A stretch of 64,000 nt of DNA from an uncultured Burkholderiales bacterium (GTDB lineage: Bacteria; Actinomycetota; Acidimicrobiia; IMCC26256; JACPCJ01): NCBI GenBank assembly GCA_964438505.1, contig CAYTKN010000001.1:181509-245508 (forward strand), read 5' to 3'. Positions 56,163-64,000 of the stretch are shown piece after piece. Position numbers and translations under genes: made by a program. The notes beneath the pieces are model-generated. The model saw nothing but the letters and a program-made list of their open reading frames with translations, was not told where the DNA came from and ran no database searches. The first letter of the stretch is position 1. Every line of letters begins with the position of its first letter.

Positions 56163-56957
56163 ATGCGGTTCCGTGTGACCATCGCCGCGATCGCGGCCGT
56201 GATCTTGGGGGTGGCCGTCCCCGCGTCGTCCGCCCACGCCCAGGAGGCGGACGAGGGCGGCGGAGGCGCCCACCTGCACGAGGAGCTCGAGGAGAGCCTC
56301 AGCGAGGAGCAGCTCGAGGAGCTCGAGGGAGGCCTCGGCGAGGAGGAGTTCGAGTGCCTCCTCGAGCAGGTCGAGACCGTCGAAGGGGCGCTCGCCGGCG
56401 ACGTCTCCGCCATCGAGAGCTGCGAGGAGGCGCCCAACCCGATCCTGCCGGCCACCAACGAGATCATCTGGGCGGTCATCAGCTTCGCGGTGCTCTTCGT
56501 GCTCCTGGCGCGCTTCGCCTGGCCGGCGATCCAGCGCGGCCTCGAGGGCCGGGAGGCCACCGTCCGGGAGGACCTCGAAGCGGCCGAGCAGGCGCGCCGC
56601 GACGGCGAGCAGGCCCTGTCGCAGTACCAGCAGCAGCTCGCCGAGGCCCGCAACGAGGCGGCGCAGATCATCGAGGAGGCCCGCGAGGCGGCCGACGGGA
56701 TGCGGCGCGAGGTGCAGGAGAACGCCGAGGCCGAGGTCCAGGCGGCCCGGGAGCGCGCCGAGTCGGAGATCGAGCAGAACGTCGCTCGCGCGCGCTCCGA
56801 CCTCCAGCGGGAGATGGCGGACTTCGCCGTGAGCCTCGCGGAGCGGATCGTCGAGCGGAACCTCGACCGCGACGCCCAGATGGCGCTGATCGACCAGTAC
56901 ATCGAGGAGGTCGGCGGCATGCAGGGCGGCGGCGGAGGCGACGCCCGTGACAACTGA
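56163..56957 (+). CDS. atpF: F0F1 ATP synthase subunit b with an unusual ~95-aa N-terminal extension (signal peptide plus acidic domain)
   Basis: GAGGAGG RBS. The canonical part starts at NPILPATNEIIWAVISFAVLFVLLARFAWP, followed by a coiled coil. It is preceded by MRFRVTIAAIAAVILGVAVPASSAHA and an E/G/L-rich segment with 2 Cys. Confidence 0.88.
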   Translation: MRFRVTIAAIAAVILGVAVPASSAHAQEADEGGGGAHLHEELEESLSEEQLEELEGGLGEEEFECLLEQVETVEGALAGDVSAIESCEEAPNPILPATNEIIWAVISFAVLFVLLARFAWPAIQRGLEGREATVREDLEAAEQARRDGEQALSQYQQQLAEARNEAAQIIEEAREAADGMRREVQENAEAEVQAARERAESEIEQNVARARSDLQREMADFAVSLAERIVERNLDRDAQMALIDQYIEEVGGMQGGGGGDARDN

Positions 56958-57489
56958 CCCCACCCGCGACGTCGTCGAGGACTACGCGCTCGCGCTGCTG
57001 GCGGTGGCCCGCGGCGAGGGCGTCCTCGGGCTGGTCGAGGACGAGCTCTTCGGCGTGTCCCGCTCCTTCGAGGACTCCGACGAGCTGCGCTCGCGCCTGG
57101 CGGACACCAACGTCCCGCTGGCGACGCGCCTGGCCGTCGTCGACGACCTCCTCGGACCGAGCGGCGCGAGCACCGTGACGCGCGCGCTCGTCGCCTTCGT
57201 CGTCACCGTGGAGCGCGCCAGCCAGCTCCCGAGGATCGTCGACGCCTTCCTCGACGCCGCCGCGGCGGCCCGCGAGCACGTCGTCGCCGAGGTGCGCAGC
57301 GCCGTGCCCCTCGACGACGAGCGCCGGGCCGAGCTGGCCCGGTCGCTCAGCCGGGCCACCGGCAAGCAGGTCGAGGTGCGCGTCGTGGTCGACGAGTCCG
57401 TCGTCGGCGGTATCGTCGCCCACGTGGGCGACCAGGTCATCGACGGCTCGGTCCGTTCCCGCCTCGAGCACCTGCGCGAGACCCTGTAG
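56947..57489 (+). CDS. atpH: F0F1 ATP synthase subunit delta (OSCP)
   Basis: 180 aa with the C-terminal pattern VDESVVGGIVAHVGDQVIDGSVRSRL. Confidence 0.9.
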   Translation: MTTDPTRDVVEDYALALLAVARGEGVLGLVEDELFGVSRSFEDSDELRSRLADTNVPLATRLAVVDDLLGPSGASTVTRALVAFVVTVERASQLPRIVDAFLDAAAAAREHVVAEVRSAVPLDDERRAELARSLSRATGKQVEVRVVVDESVVGGIVAHVGDQVIDGSVRSRLEHLRETL

Positions 57490-57504
57490 GAGGATCCACA
57501 CACC

Positions 57505-59082
<1,578 letters not shown>

Positions 59083-59085
59083 CCC

Positions 59086-61474
<2,389 letters not shown>

Positions 61475-61529
61475 GCGACGGTGTGAGCGACGGCGCGGGT
61501 ACGGCCGTGCCGGGACGGGCGGGCTAGCC

Positions 61530-61913
61530 GTGCAGGTCGAGCTCGTCAGCCCCGAGCGCGTGCTCTACTCGGGCGAGGCCGCGATGGTCATCGCGCGCAC
61601 CACCGAGGGGGACGTCGCGTTCCTCCCGGGCCACGCGCCGTTCCTCGGCGCGCTCGGCGTCGCGCAGCTCCGGATCCTCCAGGAGGCCGGCGGCGAGGAG
61701 GTCGCGGCCGTCCACGGCGGCTTCGTGGAGGTCCGCGGGGACCGGGTGACGGTCCTCTCGGACGTCGCCGAGATGAGGAGCCAGATCGACCTCGAGCGCG
61801 CGCGGGAAGCCCGACAGCGAGCCGAGGAGCGCGTGCGCGCCGAGCACGACGCGGAGGCCGAGGCGGCGCTGGCGCGTGCCCTGCTCCGCATCGACGTCGC
61901 AGAGCAGACCTGA
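61530..61913 (+). CDS. atpC: F0F1 ATP synthase subunit epsilon
   Basis: GTG start. VELVSPERVLYSGEA...GDVAFLPGHAP, then a C-terminal helical hairpin. Confidence 0.9.
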   Translation: MQVELVSPERVLYSGEAAMVIARTTEGDVAFLPGHAPFLGALGVAQLRILQEAGGEEVAAVHGGFVEVRGDRVTVLSDVAEMRSQIDLERAREARQRAEERVRAEHDAEAEAALARALLRIDVAEQT

Positions 61914-61919
61914 GGTCGC

Positions 61920-63485
61920 TCACTCGGCGAGCGCGAACACCTCGGTGGGTCGGCTCCGCCCCCGGAGCTGCTCGGTGCCGCGGTGGACGAGCCCGTCGCG
62001 GGCCCCGACCGCCTCGACCGTGCGGCCGGAGACGAGCACGCCGACGCCCCGCTCCCTCGCGGCCTCCTGGAGGCGTGCCGCCTCGTTGACCGCGTCACCC
62101 ACCACCGTGTACTCGTAGCGTTCCTCCGACCCGACGTTGCCGGCGATGACCGGACCGGTCGAGACGCCGATCCCGAAGCGGAACCCCTCGGCGGCCAGGC
62201 GCCCCGCGATGGCGCCCGCCGCGTCGAGCGCGTGGGACGCGTGGTCCGGATCGGCGAGCGGGGCGCCGAACACGGCCAGGACCGCGTCGCCCATGAACTT
62301 GTTCACGAGGCCCTCGCGCTCGGACACCTCGCCGACGACGACCTCGAACACGCGGTTGAGGAGGTCGACGACCTCCTCGGGGGCGAGCTCCTCGCCGATG
62401 TGGCTGAAGCCGGCGAGGTCGATGAACAGCACCGTCGCTCTCCGCCGCTCGCCGCCGAGGTCGACGCCGGCCTCCAACGCACGACGGGCCACGCTCTCGC
62501 CGACCTGCCGGCCGAAGAGGTCCTCGAGGCGCCGGCGCTCCCGCAGGCCCTCGACCATGGCGTTGAACGCCACGGCGACCTGCCCGAACTCGTCGGGCGA
62601 CTCGACCGGCACCGAGACCGCCAACTCCCCCTCGCGGACCCGGTTCGCGGCCCAGCGGATCTGGTCGAGGGGCCGGATGATGCTCTGGCGCACCGACAGC
62701 ATCACCGTCAGCCCGGTGAGCACACCGACCCCGACGAGGAACCACACGATGCCCTCGAGCTGGCCGACGCCCTCGGGGTGGGCGAGCCGCTCGCTCACGA
62801 CCGCTCCCGTCAGCGCCAGGGGCACCGCGGTGCCGAGCAGGAATGCCACGATCAGGCGTCGGCGCACCCGCGTGGACGGCACGGCGTGCCGGGTCGGGTC
62901 CTCCCCGGCGAAGAAGCGCTCGTACCACGGGCCGAGCACCCGTTGGTCGGCGAGGAACGACAGCGTCGAGACCACGACCCCCGCGGTGGCGACACCCAGC
63001 GTCGTGGTCACGAGCTCCCGCACCGGCTCCTCGCTGCCGGCGACCACGTCGACGACGCCGAGCGCCACCGCGGTGGCCAGCCAGAGCGCCAGCAGGATCG
63101 TCGCCTGGAGCGCGGGATGGGCGAGGACGAGGCGCTGCACGTCGTCCGGCGCCGGCCTGCCGGCCACGCCGCTGCGGAGCCAGGCGACGAGCGGGCGCAC
63201 CAGGCGGTTCGACGCCCACACCCCCGCCGTGATCGCCGGGAGCACCAGGAGGAGCGACCACGCGGCGCCCGACGCCGGTCCGGCTCCCTCCCGGGCCGGC
63301 GGGTCGAAGAGGACCGCACCCAGGACGAGCACCAGCGCGCCGAGCGCGTTGGTGAGGCCGACCTCGACGCGCAGCCGCGTCACCAGGTGCCGGATCTCGG
63401 CGTCGCTGGCGGGAGCGCCGGGACCTTCGGAACCGTCGGGAGCGCCTGGAGCGCCTGGAGCGCCTGGAGCGGGCATGTCCCTCAT
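61920..63485 (-). CDS. membrane adenylate/guanylate cyclase with HAMP domain
   Basis: Several TM helices. HAMP (IRPLDQIRWAANRVREGEL...AFNAMVEGL). Class III cyclase core (ATVLFIDLAGFS, KFMGDAVLAVFGAP, GIGVSTGPVIAGNVGS). Confidence 0.88.
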   Translation of the reverse strand: MRDMPAPGAPGAPGAPDGSEGPGAPASDAEIRHLVTRLRVEVGLTNALGALVLVLGAVLFDPPAREGAGPASGAAWSLLLVLPAITAGVWASNRLVRPLVAWLRSGVAGRPAPDDVQRLVLAHPALQATILLALWLATAVALGVVDVVAGSEEPVRELVTTTLGVATAGVVVSTLSFLADQRVLGPWYERFFAGEDPTRHAVPSTRVRRRLIVAFLLGTAVPLALTGAVVSERLAHPEGVGQLEGIVWFLVGVGVLTGLTVMLSVRQSIIRPLDQIRWAANRVREGELAVSVPVESPDEFGQVAVAFNAMVEGLRERRRLEDLFGRQVGESVARRALEAGVDLGGERRRATVLFIDLAGFSHIGEELAPEEVVDLLNRVFEVVVGEVSEREGLVNKFMGDAVLAVFGAPLADPDHASHALDAAGAIAGRLAAEGFRFGIGVSTGPVIAGNVGSEERYEYTVVGDAVNEAARLQEAARERGVGVLVSGRTVEAVGARDGLVHRGTEQLRGRSRPTEVFALAE

Positions 63486-63562
63486 TGTCGCCGCGACGGG
63501 CGCTCCGGGATGGGTTCGGGCGCGTCCGCTCGCGGCCTCGCGCTGTCTACGCTGAGAGAGCG

Positions 63563-64000
63563 ATGGACCGACTCCTGCTCGGGGTGCTCATCGTCTTCAA
63601 TCTGGTCGGTGCCGGCTACCTGGTGAACGACCGGATGGCCGCCGACGACCGGGCGGCAGCGTCCGCGCCCACCGCGACGAGCGCGCCGCTCCCGACGACG
63701 AGCGCGGACCCGACCACCACGACCAGCACGAGCACGACGACGCAGCCACCGCCGACCACCGCGCCGGAGGCTTCCCCGGCCGCGCGCCGAGCGGCGGTGT
63801 TTCGAGGGCTCGGGGCCTGGATCGACGTGTACGACTTCAGCCCGGCCTACATGCAGGAGGGAGAGGAGCGACCGGTCGTGAAGCCCGCCGACGTCGACTT
63901 CCTCGCCGACGTCGGTGTGCGGACCATCTACATCCAGGCCGCCCGCGACGACGAGCGCACACCCGGCGACGTCGAGTCGCCCGCCCTGGTCGGCCGATTC
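63563..64000 (+). CDS. membrane-anchored protein, N-terminal part only (continues beyond the window)
   Basis: ATG 63563. MDRLLLGVLIVFNLVGAGYLV is a TM helix, followed by a T/P/S-rich linker and then a globular start (FRGLGAWIDVYDF...). Function not assignable. Confidence 0.5.
   Translation, partial: MDRLLLGVLIVFNLVGAGYLVNDRMAADDRAAASAPTATSAPLPTTSADPTTTTSTSTTTQPPPTTAPEASPAARRAAVFRGLGAWIDVYDFSPAYMQEGEERPVVKPADVDFLADVGVRTIYIQAARDDERTPGDVESPALVGRF

Overview
Very GC-rich actinobacterial-type chromosome segment. The backbone order argS-lysA-hom-thrC-[thrB slot]-rho-rpmE ... prfA-prmC ... rpiB-glyA-wecA-atpIBEFHAGDC is the classic actinobacterial arrangement; an Acidimicrobiia-like origin is only a guess. 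I support about 70 protein genes, one tRNA-Arg(CCG), and several repeats, hairpins and operator-like palindromes. Layout: (1) 1-10.4 kb is core and peripheral metabolism: purE, acyl-CoA carboxyltransferase, UbiA prenyltransferase plus P450, PolX, a Cys/Asp-rich secreted protein, a PEP-mutase/ICL-family enzyme and a GDT1-family transporter. (2) 10.4-27.0 kb is an accessory island running from an AT-rich junction to tRNA-Arg. It holds a DUF234-type ATPase and two inverted DUF222/HNH (REP13E12-like) copies. Those copies bracket a 10.9-kb cassette with a secreted-protein/S8-protease operon, two paralogous PucR-like regulators, a sigma-region-2-like membrane protein, a small Cys-rich secreted peptide and two tandem TPR/PPR-like paralogs. 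A VapC remnant, three MazEF pairs and a duplicated tRNA 3' half follow. (3) 27-64 kb is the conserved backbone: gmd, argS-lysA-hom-thrC, rho, rpmE, prfA-prmC, rpiB-glyA-wecA, the full F1Fo operon and an adenylate cyclase. It is interrupted by small inserts: an ApgM-like gene in the thrB slot, a response-regulator/HEAT/GT2 synthase operon, a Fur-rubrerythrin-FeS-DUF3501 cluster and a Cas4-like nuclease pair. The best candidate for an undescribed system is the cassette at 13.4-23.9 kb. Its transcription units share a 16-bp palindrome (TCCCCCGATCGGGGGA) at similar distances upstream of their starts. Limits: there were no similarity searches, so functions rest on motif recognition by eye. Start codons are best guesses, and GC statements are visual, not computed.
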